IMG/VR virus record: IMGVR_UViG_3300037755_000581
Location: 2,984 to 66,983 of that record
Length of the DNA stretch: 64,000 nt
DNA from: a virus
Lineage: Duplodnaviria > Caudoviricetes
Strand: one strand, 5' to 3'
The notes under the pieces are model-generated. The model was given only the letters and a program-made list of their open reading frames with translations. It ran no database searches and was not told the DNA's origin. Positions 36,402-46,393 of this stretch are shown piece after piece (the first letter of the stretch is position 1; the number at the start of each line of letters is the position of its first letter). The translations under genes were made by a program, and so were the position numbers.

Positions 36402-36935
36402 TTACTGACGTTTCAAATAAGCAATGGCCCGTTCGAGCCCTTCGACCGTATCGCCGAGTTTGCCGATGCCGGTATTGCAGTTGTCGCAGAGCCAACCGCG
36501 AAACTTTCCGGTTTCGTGGTTGTGGTCTAAGCACAATGCCCGTTTGTTGGGTAGCTTTTGGCACAGCTCGCATTGGGGTGGAGCCGGGTATAAGGGGCTA
36601 GGCAATCCTAGGCGTTGGCGGGCTTTTGCCAATTCGGTTTCTTTGTTCGTGTGCCGATAAGCGCGTCGGCTAGTGTTTGCTTGCATACGATTATTTTTGC
36701 CCCAGTTTCTAGCTCTGTTTTTAATGTTGCTTCCGTCGCGAATGTATTGTTTACGAGCTCGACAACGCGCGCAATCTACACAGCGTGTGTCAGTTGTGTA
36801 TCGGACGGATATGTGACCGCGGATACACGGGGCGCCGGTGAAATACCGAGCCAGGCCGGCCTGCTTTGCTTCAGACCTCGATACCAAATTCACAAGATCC
36901 GTCTCCGCGGGTTGGTGACCAAGGACAGTAGGCAC
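36402..36935 (-). CDS. Endonuclease VII-family HNH endonuclease
   Basis: RYFTGAPCIRGH...CELC...LDHNHETGKFRGWLCDNCN. Confidence 0.8.
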   Translation of the reverse strand: MPTVLGHQPAETDLVNLVSRSEAKQAGLARYFTGAPCIRGHISVRYTTDTRCVDCARCRARKQYIRDGSNIKNRARNWGKNNRMQANTSRRAYRHTNKETELAKARQRLGLPSPLYPAPPQCELCQKLPNKRALCLDHNHETGKFRGWLCDNCNTGIGKLGDTVEGLERAIAYLKRQ

Positions 36936-37611
36936 AATTAATTCGATTCGGCTTCGGCGGGAACACTATGGCCTCGGTCATCGCTTTCACTCGTCGATCG
37001 ATACTTGGCAAGAACGCCATTGCTTGTTCTCTGCTGTACGTCTTCGGGAGTGATCGCTTGCCGTGATCGACGTATTCGAATTGCGTCCGAACGGCTTGAA
37101 GCGTTGGATATCGCATGAAGGACGTAACGGTGTAGATCTGGCCCTGTTGGCCGTGCTTCACTTCGTTGCCTTCTTTTTTCCCCGACTTGTAATCTGTGAG
37201 CTCGGCCGCGGTCTTCTCGGCGTCGAGCCACACGAATCGGTCGACTTTAACGCGGCCCCAGACATCGGCGCCGAAGTAGTCTGTCGGTTGCCACTCGCGA
37301 TCGATGCCCCAGTTCTCTTCGAGGATCACCCGCTCGGGGTTCTCCTGCATCAGGGTGCGGGTGTCTTCGAATAGCTTTGCGCTCTTTCTGAGCTCCTTGG
37401 GGAGCTCCTTGATGTCGCCGCGGACGAACTGCTCGGCCTTCTCGTGGATCTCTTTGCCGCGATTCTTGGCGTCTTCGCCCTTCGCCGCGTCGGTACCTTT
37501 CTCGAAGGTCGGACGGGGGCGCTTCTCGACGTACTCGAGGTAGGCACGCCATTGGCATCGCTCGTAGACCTCGAGTTTCGAGAACGACCACGTCGGGATT
37601 AGTCCGCTCAC
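36871..37611 (-). CDS. Cas4-like PD-(D/E)xK exonuclease
   Basis: GTG start after GGAG; WSFSKL..YERC, RGKEIH, VKVD, DYKSG, CAYCPW...C. Confidence 0.8.
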   Translation of the reverse strand: MSGLIPTWSFSKLEVYERCQWRAYLEYVEKRPRPTFEKGTDAAKGEDAKNRGKEIHEKAEQFVRGDIKELPKELRKSAKLFEDTRTLMQENPERVILEENWGIDREWQPTDYFGADVWGRVKVDRFVWLDAEKTAAELTDYKSGKKEGNEVKHGQQGQIYTVTSFMRYPTLQAVRTQFEYVDHGKRSLPKTYSREQAMAFLPSIDRRVKAMTEAIVFPPKPNRINCAYCPWSPTRGDGSCEFGIEV

Positions 37612-38301
37612 AGTGTCTCCGGGCCCCAGAGCCGCACTTCGTGGACGACTTGGACCCAAGCATACGCGTCTGCGGCCGAGAGAGCCTCCCAAGGATCGAC
37701 GGAGATGTTTTGGTCAGCCATGGCTTCGCGCCAGACTTCGTAAGCTTCTTTCGCGTCTTCGGGGGTTGTCATGCCCGCTCCACGTAGAGCCACTCTTTGC
37801 CGTAGTCGGGGTGCATGAACAGTGTTGCGCGTAACTTCGTTGGCTTCATCTTAGTCGCCTTGTCGCTGAGTTTGCGCCAGTATTTGAACTCAATCGTCTC
37901 GACGTCGGCGGCCGCGGTGGCCAGTGCCTTGTCGATCTTCGTGCCGAGGTAGTTGAACATGTTGATGAGGAGCCGGGCGGCGAGCAGCTGCCCTTCCTCG
38001 TCTGTCACGCCGGCGGAATGGAACTCGTCTTTATAGAGCTCCGGTTCGATCCAAGTTGGAAAGGGCCACCCAATAGTCTTGGTTACCCAATTGACGTCTT
38101 CGCCTTCGGGTGTTCGTTTCTTGGGGCCAGCCACTACTCCTCCTCGTCTTCGTCTTCCTCGTCGACTTCGTCTTCCGATGCTTCGAGGCGCATTTTGCAG
38201 TCGTCGATGATATTGCCGAGGAGCTCGCGCCACTCGCTGCGCTTCAGCGGCGTGCCTTCGGTGTCGATGTAGTCCATTACGTTTTGGAGAGCTTCGTCCA
38301 T
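37608..38301 (-). other. Three small genes (37608-37772, 37769-38134, 38131-38301)
   Basis: Coupled overlaps and GGAGG ribosome-binding sites. Confidence 0.5.
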
Positions 38302-38310
38302 GATGGTCTC

Positions 38311-40659
38311 TTATTTTCTAGTGCCCATTGCAAGTACGACGCGGTCGACGCCGTCGATGGCTTGGGCTTTTACGCCACCGATGAGATGTTTGTATCCGCT
38401 CAGGGCTGCAGCGGCGCCTTTCCATTCAACCATGACGGCGGACTTCAGATGCTCGCCGATCATCATGTCTTCGGGCTTCGGGACGCCGCGCTTGCGCAGC
38501 ATCACGGAAAACTTCGTGACGGGGAGGGCGTTGCCCGAGAGCAGGCGGTAGACGCTCTGCAGCTCGGCCATCGTAACAGGCGTGGCCTTGCCTGTGTTCA
38601 CGAATGGGGCCCAACGCTTGATTGCTGTCTCGGCCCCGAGCCCGGTTTCCGTGCCGGCTGTGTCGAGCATACGTACGAAGAATTGGAAGTCGCCCTGCAT
38701 GAGGGCATCGATGAACATGTCGATCGAGTCGCGGGCGGCTTCGCGCATCTCGTCCTTCGCCTCGTTCTCGAGCGGCGTAGTGGCGATGATTTCGTCGACT
38801 TCGTACGCCAGCAGGAAACGAGCGAATTCAGAGAGTTCCTCGGGGATTCGTTCCTTTACTTCCTCGTGCGTAAGATCGATCTTATGGAGCTGGCGAGGCG
38901 CGACAGTGAAGCGCCGGTCGTTGTCTTCGACGGGTGCCGCGTCGGGTTTGTTCGACGCGAGAATGAAGTTGGTGTGGCTCTCGATGACTTTGCCGCCGGC
39001 GTACGCGACGCGGAGGCGGAGGTTGGGCTCGGTGATCCAGTGGTAGAGCTTGTTGCGGAAGGCGTCGTCGGCTTCGGATTCATCGAGCATTACCACCAGT
39101 GTGCGGCCTAGGTATTCGTTGAAGCGGTCTTGGAGGATTTCATTTTGCTGGACTTCTTGGCAAGAGTCGCCTCCCAGGAGCGGCTTGATAATTTCGTTGA
39201 AAAGGACGCCCTTGCCTGTGCCCTTTGTTCCGTGAAGTACAACTGCGACACGGGATTTGGTCCGCCGCTGAAAAATAAATGCAAGCCAGTTAACGAGCCA
39301 GGCTTTAGTCTTTTCGTCATGATTCACCACGTGACTGATGACTTTGTCAATTGTTGACGGGATGCGGGCGCCCTTGTCGGGCTCGAGCGTCATGTACTCT
39401 GTCTTTTGGAAGAGGTTAACGCGTTTACCTGCCCGGTCGACGGTGTACGTTTCGGTTGGATCGAAACGCAGCATGTACTGCGGCACTGGGTCGGGGACCG
39501 CGGCGGTATATTCGGCTTCGCACCAGTCCTTCAGGTTGGTGCGTTTGATCGGATAGAGTTCGAGGTACTCGTCCTCGATCGGGTCGTACTTGCCACAGTA
39601 GTAGAGGTCGGCAATCTTGTCGCGAAAGACGAGCATCTCTTCCGGGGCACATTGGTCTTTGATTTCTTTCCAGAACTCCGGCGCGCATTGCTTCAGGATG
39701 CGGCTCGGCTCGTCTTTGAACGAGTGAATGTACTTCGGCTTCTTGGGATTAACCCAGTAGGCGCCGGAGTCGCCGCCGTTGATGTTTAGGTGGAAGAATC
39801 CGTTGGAGAACCACCAATCCGTAACTTCGATCGGATCCGCGTCCAGAAGGACGTCGAAGCCTCCCGCCGAACTCGTTCGGAGAGACAGTTTAGGCAGTTG
39901 CTTACCATCTCGTAGGGTCTGGATTTTTGCTCGCTCGCGCTGGCGTATGCCTTCTCTTCCGGGGTGAGAGAAAGCGAAACCAACGTCCCCGACTGATTTG
40001 CGAACCAGTTGAATCCGCTTGCCCGTGAGGGGGTCTTCAAAGTTGGTGCAAACAGGCGGCGCGATATAGACATACTTATCGTTGCCAGCGACAGTAACAT
40101 CCAAAGGCCAACGCAGCGCAGAATGGTTCCCATTTTGAAGCTCCAGTGCTGCCTCGAGTACGGGGTTCTCGAGGTTGATTGTGCGAAGCCAGTTCTTGAG
40201 GTCGTTCGGAGCTACCTCGTCTTTCAAGACGAAGAAGACGTGCGCGGAGAGGCCCTTATTGACGATGCCGCTCGATGCAGAGTATTGCACGATGTACGAC
40301 ACGTTGTGGAAGGCGTCCGGGAGGACGCGTTGGACGAATTCCTCGGCCGACCCAATTGCGGGTAGCCCGTCGATGTCGAAGAGTACCCACTTCGTGGGCT
40401 TGTCCGTCAGTGTGTGATTAGCTCGCGACTCGCCGTGGAGTTCGCGGTCGAGCTCGCCCTTCTGTAGGGCCTGGTTGAACCCTGCTGCTACGGAGAGCGC
40501 GGAATGGAACTCGTCGATAGTTTGGACTTCGATAATGGCGGAGTCGACCTCATAGAGGTGGCTCGGATATGCGGTCTTTTCGTACTGTCCTTGCGCGTTG
40601 AGTGTGAAAGATTTGGTGAGAGGCGTCCCATCGGTCGCCTTCAAGAAGTGGAGGAACAT
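38311..40659 (-). CDS. Primase-helicase (N-terminal primase-like domain, C-terminal SF3/DUF5906 ATPase)
   Basis: WVLFDIDG, SAHVFF, GTKGTGKG Walker A, VMLDES, NFILASN, NDRRF. Confidence 0.85.
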   Translation of the reverse strand: MFLHFLKATDGTPLTKSFTLNAQGQYEKTAYPSHLYEVDSAIIEVQTIDEFHSALSVAAGFNQALQKGELDRELHGESRANHTLTDKPTKWVLFDIDGLPAIGSAEEFVQRVLPDAFHNVSYIVQYSASSGIVNKGLSAHVFFVLKDEVAPNDLKNWLRTINLENPVLEAALELQNGNHSALRWPLDVTVAGNDKYVYIAPPVCTNFEDPLTGKRIQLVRKSVGDVGFAFSHPGREGIRQRERAKIQTLRDGKQLPKLSLRTSSAGGFDVLLDADPIEVTDWWFSNGFFHLNINGGDSGAYWVNPKKPKYIHSFKDEPSRILKQCAPEFWKEIKDQCAPEEMLVFRDKIADLYYCGKYDPIEDEYLELYPIKRTNLKDWCEAEYTAAVPDPVPQYMLRFDPTETYTVDRAGKRVNLFQKTEYMTLEPDKGARIPSTIDKVISHVVNHDEKTKAWLVNWLAFIFQRRTKSRVAVVLHGTKGTGKGVLFNEIIKPLLGGDSCQEVQQNEILQDRFNEYLGRTLVVMLDESEADDAFRNKLYHWITEPNLRLRVAYAGGKVIESHTNFILASNKPDAAPVEDNDRRFTVAPRQLHKIDLTHEEVKERIPEELSEFARFLLAYEVDEIIATTPLENEAKDEMREAARDSIDMFIDALMQGDFQFFVRMLDTAGTETGLGAETAIKRWAPFVNTGKATPVTMAELQSVYRLLSGNALPVTKFSVMLRKRGVPKPEDMMIGEHLKSAVMVEWKGAAAALSGYKHLIGGVKAQAIDGVDRVVLAMGTRK

Positions 40660-40680
40660 CCTTGTCCGCCTTGGTCTTTG

Positions 40681-41320
40681 TTATTCGCCCGGCGATTGAT
40701 CCGGGATGGGCATCTTACCCTTGGGTGGGGGAGGCGTCCATCCTTCTATCGTAAAAGGTTGGGATGGAGGATCGGCGCGCTTCTTCAATCCGAAGAACTC
40801 GCGAATGACTGGGCGACCTTTGATGTGCGGCACCTTGCTGCCGCGGGGCAACAGGGTTCCGTCTCTGCGAAGCATGAAAATTAGACGGAGTATGGCGACG
40901 GCAATGAGCTCGCCGGCAAAAAGAAGAATTGTTCTGTTGAAGATCATTGACACCCCTTGTGGTTATTATTTGATCTTGGGGTAGAAAGTGTGCGGAGCCC
41001 TGGTATTCCCGCACGCCCCCGCGAGGACGAAAGTACTGCCCAGCGCTCCGCTTGCCGCAGTACAGGAATGCAATTTAGTTTGGCTGGTGCTCGAGTGCCG
41101 GCAAGCCGATATTCTGCATGCCGTTGAAAAATTCCACGCTGCGCGTCTGCGCGGTTTTTGTGACGTGTTTCGTCACGGTGTCGAGAAGCCGGTGAGTGAC
41201 TTCTTGCGGAAGGACCAAGTTTATTTGTGATCCGTCGTCGTTCTGCAATGTAACGGAGCCGTGGTAGGGGTTGTCGGCGTGCCAGGATTGGTGGCTAATT
41301 GAGAGACTTGTGATTTTCAT
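40681..41320 (-). other. Two hypothetical genes (40681-40953 with a TM helix; 41075-41320)
   Basis: ORF track, ribosome-binding sites present. Confidence 0.45.
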
Positions 41321-41691
41321 AGGTTTCCTTCGATCCAGTCTGCAATTTCGTCGAAATTCTTGGCTTCGGTATCGTTCATTTCGATTAGATCGTCCTGATT
41401 GAAACCAGTAAGACCGAGTTCCTCGAGCATGCGGTGTGATAAGGTTGCGGTGCTCTCTTCCCGGCCGTCTGGGCCAGCAAATTCGGACGCGGGCTCGTCA
41501 TCTGGATAGGCGTGCGTTGTCAAAAAGCCGACGATGCCGTCGGGCGAGTGTTCAGCAGCTTCGTGGCCGGCGATCTCGCAGAGGACGCCGAGGCAACAAT
41601 ATGCGCCGTTGGATTTGAGATATGACTGACCTTGTTGGTACTGGCCGCTGCGAAGCGCGGTAATCCATTTGTCTCGAAGTTGACGTTCCAT
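41317..41691 (-). CDS. Small early protein, CxxG family
   Basis: WITALRSGQYQQG...YCCLGVLCE...MND...FDEIADWIE. Confidence 0.65.
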   Translation of the reverse strand: MERQLRDKWITALRSGQYQQGQSYLKSNGAYCCLGVLCEIAGHEAAEHSPDGIVGFLTTHAYPDDEPASEFAGPDGREESTATLSHRMLEELGLTGFNQDDLIEMNDTEAKNFDEIADWIEGNL

Positions 41692-41700
41692 GTGTGTTCC

Positions 41701-42273
41701 TTATGCGGCCACGGCCGTCGGTGTGAATGCTTCTTCCCATCGCTCGAGAATCTTCAGTGCGGTTTCCGTTTGCTCTCGCGCAATTTTGAGTAGCAGTGGG
41801 TCTCCGCAAAGGAGGGACTCTTCAAGCAGCGTTTGTTTCTCTTTCAGGTAGACAGCGGCGAAGGCCCGGTCGCCCCACACAATGCTGCGCGTGTTGTCGA
41901 TCAGATCGGCGAGCTTGATTGTCTGGCTTGCCGCACAAACAGCGGAGAGGCGACCAGCCTCGTAGGCCTTGCGGCGATCTCGGTTCCAACCGGGATGTAG
42001 GTGGTCCCTTTTGGTGAGGTCGTCGACGTAGCTCGATGTTGCGAAGCCAAACTTGCTGCGTATCTCGGCGAGGGCGATACCGCAGTCTTCGACCACGTCG
42101 TGAAGGAGAGCGGCCATAACCATAGTTTCGGTGCTTCCGGCGACATGAAGCACCGTTGTTGCGACTGAAACCGGGTGAACGATATACGGTTCGCCGGTGT
42201 ATTTGCGCATTTGTCCTGCGTGAGCGTCGCGGGCAAATGTGTAAGCGTCGGGATAAAGCTCGGTAATATTCAT
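41701..42273 (-). CDS. RelA/SpoT-type HD hydrolase (small alarmone hydrolase/Mesh1-like)
   Basis: FARDAHAGQMRK, EPYIVHP, AALLHDVVED, IKLADLIDN. Confidence 0.85.
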   Translation of the reverse strand: MNITELYPDAYTFARDAHAGQMRKYTGEPYIVHPVSVATTVLHVAGSTETMVMAALLHDVVEDCGIALAEIRSKFGFATSSYVDDLTKRDHLHPGWNRDRRKAYEAGRLSAVCAASQTIKLADLIDNTRSIVWGDRAFAAVYLKEKQTLLEESLLCGDPLLLKIAREQTETALKILERWEEAFTPTAVAA

Positions 42274-42776
42274 AGAGAGACCTTCTGAAGAGCGGCGAGC
42301 GCGTCTTGCGTCCATACGAGCTGTTCCGCAAGCTCGGTTTCAATACGATGATTTTCGATGAGCAGCCGGTCGAGTTGAACTATTAGCGAGTCGGGCGTTT
42401 GCCGTGTGCGCTCGATTGGGAATTGGATGACGTTACTCGTGTAGCTTCTCGGGTTTCTCGGCGGCCGCGTAGTTCTTCGCGGACCTTGAGGCGAAGGGCG
42501 GCGGGAATTTCCGCCTGCTGCCGGTGCGCGTTGGGTTCGTCGTGGGCTTGGCCGCGCGGGATCTCATGCATGTTGACGCACGCGGCGCCGGTGAGCGAGC
42601 GAGCGTGTTCACGTTGGATCCATTCGTCGGACCCGCGCAAGAATGGCCCGGTTTTGGCTATGGCGTGTGCTGTTTCGTTGTTCATAAAGAACTCCTGCAT
42701 TCCTGTGCCGCCCGCAATTGGGCGAGCTTCCGTTTGCAATCCCTTGCTACCTAGACAGTGCAGGGGTCCTATTCCG

Positions 42777-43178
42777 TCAGTTGAGTTTCCTGTTTATCCT
42801 GTTGAGTTCGGCCTGTAGCGCGGTTCGGTCGTTGTCTTCGAGCTTGTGGACTTCGCCACAGCCTGGACATTCGCTTCCGCTGATAGCGGCTGCTAGTACT
42901 GCTCGTTTACTGGGGAGTGCGGGCGTGACCTTGAGGCCATCGGCGAGTGTCTCGAGCCACACGTTGGTCAGCCGTTCGAGCTCTTGAGGGTCGCCGGCGG
43001 CTTCGATGGCCAAAGTTTGGGCGGCGAATGCAATGGCTAATGCGGTGACCGAGAGTTCCGCAACCCGTGGGTCGACAGCGCGGGCGGCGAAATCTTGAGT
43101 GAGGCGTTCGATTTCGGCTGCCGAGGCCATAAGGGTTACCAAGCGCTCGAGTTTGACGAGATCGTTGTCTATTGTCAT
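42777..43178 (-). CDS. Hypothetical protein with a C-terminal CPGCGEVH zinc knuckle
   Basis: Start MTIDND after AAGGAAGG. Confidence 0.5.
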   Translation of the reverse strand: MTIDNDLVKLERLVTLMASAAEIERLTQDFAARAVDPRVAELSVTALAIAFAAQTLAIEAAGDPQELERLTNVWLETLADGLKVTPALPSKRAVLAAAISGSECPGCGEVHKLEDNDRTALQAELNRINRKLN

Positions 43179-43180
43179 TG

Positions 43181-43711
43181 TTATGGTTTCCTTCCTTGGT
43201 GCCACGGCGCGTTTTGATGAACGTGGTCGACGGAATACGTGACGGTCGATACCGCGATTGCCGCTTCGGTAGCGCCGGCTCCCCAGTGTTCGCTCATCCA
43301 GTCTTTGACGACCTTGCCTGCTTCGGCCGGAGTAATGGGCTCCTCGTCGAAATCCCGGTCGCTGTAGTCTTCGGCGCCGTTGTACTCGAGATCCAATTCC
43401 TGCGTGCAATATTCGGGAGAAAATGGGCCATCGAGCATATCGTTGATGCCCCAGAACGACGAATCCTTATGGCGCAAGTCGAACCGAGTATCGTACAAGT
43501 TGTTTGAATCCAAGCTGAATCCTCGCACTATAAACCACGGATGCAGAATTGCGTGGCCTGCCATGCAGGCAGTTGTTCCGCATTCGTTGGTGGATTTTTT
43601 CTCGCCCCAGTAGTTCATGTTGAACCGGCTGTCGTTGGGAATGCTCATTACGAGCGTGTACATTGCCGCCCAACGCTCGAGAAATTTTGGATCTGTGTTC
43701 TGTGTGTTCAT
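43181..43711 (-). CDS. Early protein, CGTxxCxAGH family
   Basis: FNMNYWG...CGTTACMAGHA..HPWF..RGF. Confidence 0.6.
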   Translation of the reverse strand: MNTQNTDPKFLERWAAMYTLVMSIPNDSRFNMNYWGEKKSTNECGTTACMAGHAILHPWFIVRGFSLDSNNLYDTRFDLRHKDSSFWGINDMLDGPFSPEYCTQELDLEYNGAEDYSDRDFDEEPITPAEAGKVVKDWMSEHWGAGATEAAIAVSTVTYSVDHVHQNAPWHQGRKP

Positions 43712-43837
43712 AGTGACTCCGTAATTTTCACAATGTAGAGATTCCCTCGCCAACGGTAGCCGATCACTCTTGTGTTCGTGCCGTTGTGCCAGTCAATTCC
43801 TTCGACGCGTGTGCCGAAGACGCGGGCGAGCCAGAAT

Positions 43838-44107
43838 TTAAGCTGCATTTTCAAGCCACTTGATGTGCGCTCGGACTTCGCGGATGACTGTGCTAACTGG
43901 GCGCGTGTGCGAATCGAAGAAAATATCTCTAGCGCCTTCGTGTCCGAAGAACCCGGAGACATTAAAGTCCTCATCATCGAGCATCGGTTCGGCGTAGTCG
44001 TCGAAATTGAGCTTGAATCCGCGGCGGCGAAACCACGGGTCAAGTCCGCAGTGGCCGGCGGCGCAGGTAACTGTGCCACATTTGGTCTCGTAGCCCCAGT
44101 GGCCCAT
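43838..44107 (-). CDS. Early protein, CGTxxCxAGH family (paralogue)
   Basis: MGHWG...CGTVTCAAGHCGLDPWFRRRGF. Confidence 0.55.
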   Translation of the reverse strand: MGHWGYETKCGTVTCAAGHCGLDPWFRRRGFKLNFDDYAEPMLDDEDFNVSGFFGHEGARDIFFDSHTRPVSTVIREVRAHIKWLENAA

Positions 44108-44361
44108 ACTTCAATTCTTCCTCCGCTGATGTGGTGTCAGGGCGTGTAACACGCGGAGGACGTTTTGCCAGCGCTCGATGAGCTGCTTTTTAGTTGCCAT
44201 AAATTACTCCAAAATGAGCCAGAGCATGAGGGCTGCGTCGATCAGTGCCAGCGCCGCACACAGCAGTAGCAATGGACGAAAAGTTCGGTACGGGTGATCC
44301 AGATCCGATATGCGCCGGCTCATGCCCAGGCGCCGCTCTGCGATAGCTTCTAAGTTAGGAG

Positions 44362-44751
44362 TCATTCGAGCACTGCTGTGCTGAGTCCGCGGGCTTTGGC
44401 AATTTCTTTGAGCCTTTTGATCCACGCGGTTGTGCCGTGAGCGAGATCGTAGTCGTGCGCGGATTGAAGGTTGGAAAGAAGTCCGATGTGATCGTATGAC
44501 AGCCCTGCTACGTTCATCTCTTCCGGGAACCGTTCGAAGAGGCCATTCACATCGGTTTCGTTATCGCCATTATGGTTGTCCATTTCTAAATTATAGAGAT
44601 GGTCCGGAATGAGGCAGCCGACAGCGCAACGAAGTGCCGGGTCTTCGGGGTGTCGGTAATAACACTTTCTGTCAGTGAGGGATCGGCTAGCCACGCCCTG
44701 CTTCAGTAAGAACGCGGTGGACTGGTCGAAGATCTGTTGAGCGGTAAGCAT
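44362..44751 (-). CDS. Early protein, CAxGCxIPD family
   Basis: LLKQG...CYYR...CAVGCLIPD...LQSAHD. Confidence 0.65.
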   Translation of the reverse strand: MLTAQQIFDQSTAFLLKQGVASRSLTDRKCYYRHPEDPALRCAVGCLIPDHLYNLEMDNHNGDNETDVNGLFERFPEEMNVAGLSYDHIGLLSNLQSAHDYDLAHGTTAWIKRLKEIAKARGLSTAVLE

Positions 44752-44761
44752 AGTGACTCCT

Positions 44762-45013
44762 TTAACGAAATACGTACGGCTGCCTTTCCATGTCAGGAGG
44801 GTAGTAGCCGTTGTTGCGGTCTGAATTTTCTTTGAGTCCCGCGGCTTTGAGTTCCTTATAGAGCTCGGTTGTGAGTTGCCGGCGGGGACCGGTGCCGCCA
44901 GCAACATAGGTGATATCGATGAGCAGTTGGGCTATATCTGCGCTCATTTCGAGTCTGTAAGTTGGCGGAGGTAACACAGGGGGTTCGGGTGGCAGAACGA
45001 TGACTTTGATCAT
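44762..45013 (-). CDS. Hypothetical protein
   Basis: 83 aa, GGAGTCAC start motif. Confidence 0.55.
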   Translation of the reverse strand: MIKVIVLPPEPPVLPPPTYRLEMSADIAQLLIDITYVAGGTGPRRQLTTELYKELKAAGLKENSDRNNGYYPPDMERQPYVFR

Positions 45014-45247
45014 GGTGACTCCTAGTAGAAAGTGGTGAGCTTCTTGCCGTTTGCTGTCAGAGTGATTTGGTAACCGTCGAACTCGGCATATATGCCGTCG
45101 CCAAAATAGGCTTGCGTTTTCATGTCAATGCCCAAATTACGCGAACAATGAGCGCGAACGCTGCGACGGTTACGAGCAGGACGAGCACGGTTAGTACGGC
45201 GAGCGGTGCCAGTACGAATGACGTTACGGCGTTTATCAGTTGGTGTT

Positions 45248-45628
45248 TCATAGTGATTTCGTGTCTAGGATCTCGTCACTAAGTGACCAAATGACTGCGA
45301 TTCCGCGCATATGTTCTCTCCACTCTTTGATGCTGTAGCGTCTAAGGGTGCGATCGTGCGCGAGTTGTAACTTGTCGATCAGTCTGGTATCGACGTTTAT
45401 GAGTCCGAGTTGCTCTCGGAACAGTTTCTCTTGGAGCAGATGTGTGGCAGGTCTGCCTTCTATGATGGGATCATAGAGCTCATCCGGAATGATGCAACCG
45501 AATGCACATTGTTCTCCGTCAAGTGCGCGATATCTGCAGAGGCCGTCGTTATTAATCGCGGCCCTGCCTTGTTTCAGCAGGTGAGCGGCGACTCGGTTGA
45601 AGACTTGTTGGTTGGTGAGTTGGTTCAT
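45248..45628 (-). CDS. Early protein, CAxGCxIPD family (paralogue)
   Basis: LLKQG...CRYR...CAFGCIIPD...LQLAHD. Confidence 0.65.
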   Translation of the reverse strand: MNQLTNQQVFNRVAAHLLKQGRAAINNDGLCRYRALDGEQCAFGCIIPDELYDPIIEGRPATHLLQEKLFREQLGLINVDTRLIDKLQLAHDRTLRRYSIKEWREHMRGIAVIWSLSDEILDTKSL

Positions 45629-45986
45629 GGCTTAGTGACTCCGTGATTGAAGAGTGACGCACAGCGGTCTTGAGCCCGGCTCGTAGGGCACAGCGGTGCA
45701 AGGCTTGGGTGTTACCGATACGGTGTAGATCATGATGCCGAGTACGAGCCATGTTCCGATTGTGAGGAGGCCAAGAAGAAGCTTGATGAGGGTCTTCATG
45801 ACTTGAGGAACCTTTCAAGTTCGTACTGCAACTCTTCGCGAGCCCGAATATCAACGTAGCTACTACCAAGGTGTTTGCCCATCTCACGGGCAATGATCCA
45901 TGTGATGTGGGAGGCAGAATTTTCGATTGCTTTGTGCATTTCGGTACGAGCGTAATCGAGATCTAAGGACATGGTGACTCCGTGAC

Positions 45987-46217
45987 TTAGAGCTTAGGAA
46001 GAAGACGATTCGTTTCTTCGTCGTACTGGATCTTGCTCAAGTAGATGAGCGCGCAAGCTGCGCGGAATGTTGGGCCCGAAGTCACTAAGTTACAAGGAAC
46101 TGATTTCAGGAGCTCGAGTTCGATGCGGTTTAAAGTTGTTCGGCCGCTGAGGAGACGTCGTCCTCGGACGCGTAGTGACTCGGGATTAAGTGACTCAGTG
46201 GGCATGAGATTTACCAA
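45987..46217 (-). CDS. Hypothetical protein
   Basis: 76 aa; its N-terminus is encoded by motif repeats. Confidence 0.4.
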   Translation of the reverse strand: MVNLMPTESLNPESLRVRGRRLLSGRTTLNRIELELLKSVPCNLVTSGPTFRAACALIYLSKIQYDEETNRLLPKL

Positions 46218-46246
46218 TAATGATGAAAAGACGTTCTGTCAAATCG

Positions 46247-46393
46247 CTAAGTACATTGATTTTAGGGGGCCTACGCTATTCTTTCTCCTGGAAAAGGTAT
46301 TAAGGGGTGTGGGGGGAAAACATTACGCGGGGGTGGTTAAGAGACTTTTCCAAGGGCGAAATAGCGTAGGCCCCCTAAAATCAATGTACTTAG
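46247..46393. repeat. 147-bp element with 34-bp perfect inverted repeats and a G-rich core
   Basis: CTAAGTACATTGATTTTAGGGGGCCTACGCTATT (46247-80) is the exact reverse complement of 46360-93. Confidence 0.9.
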
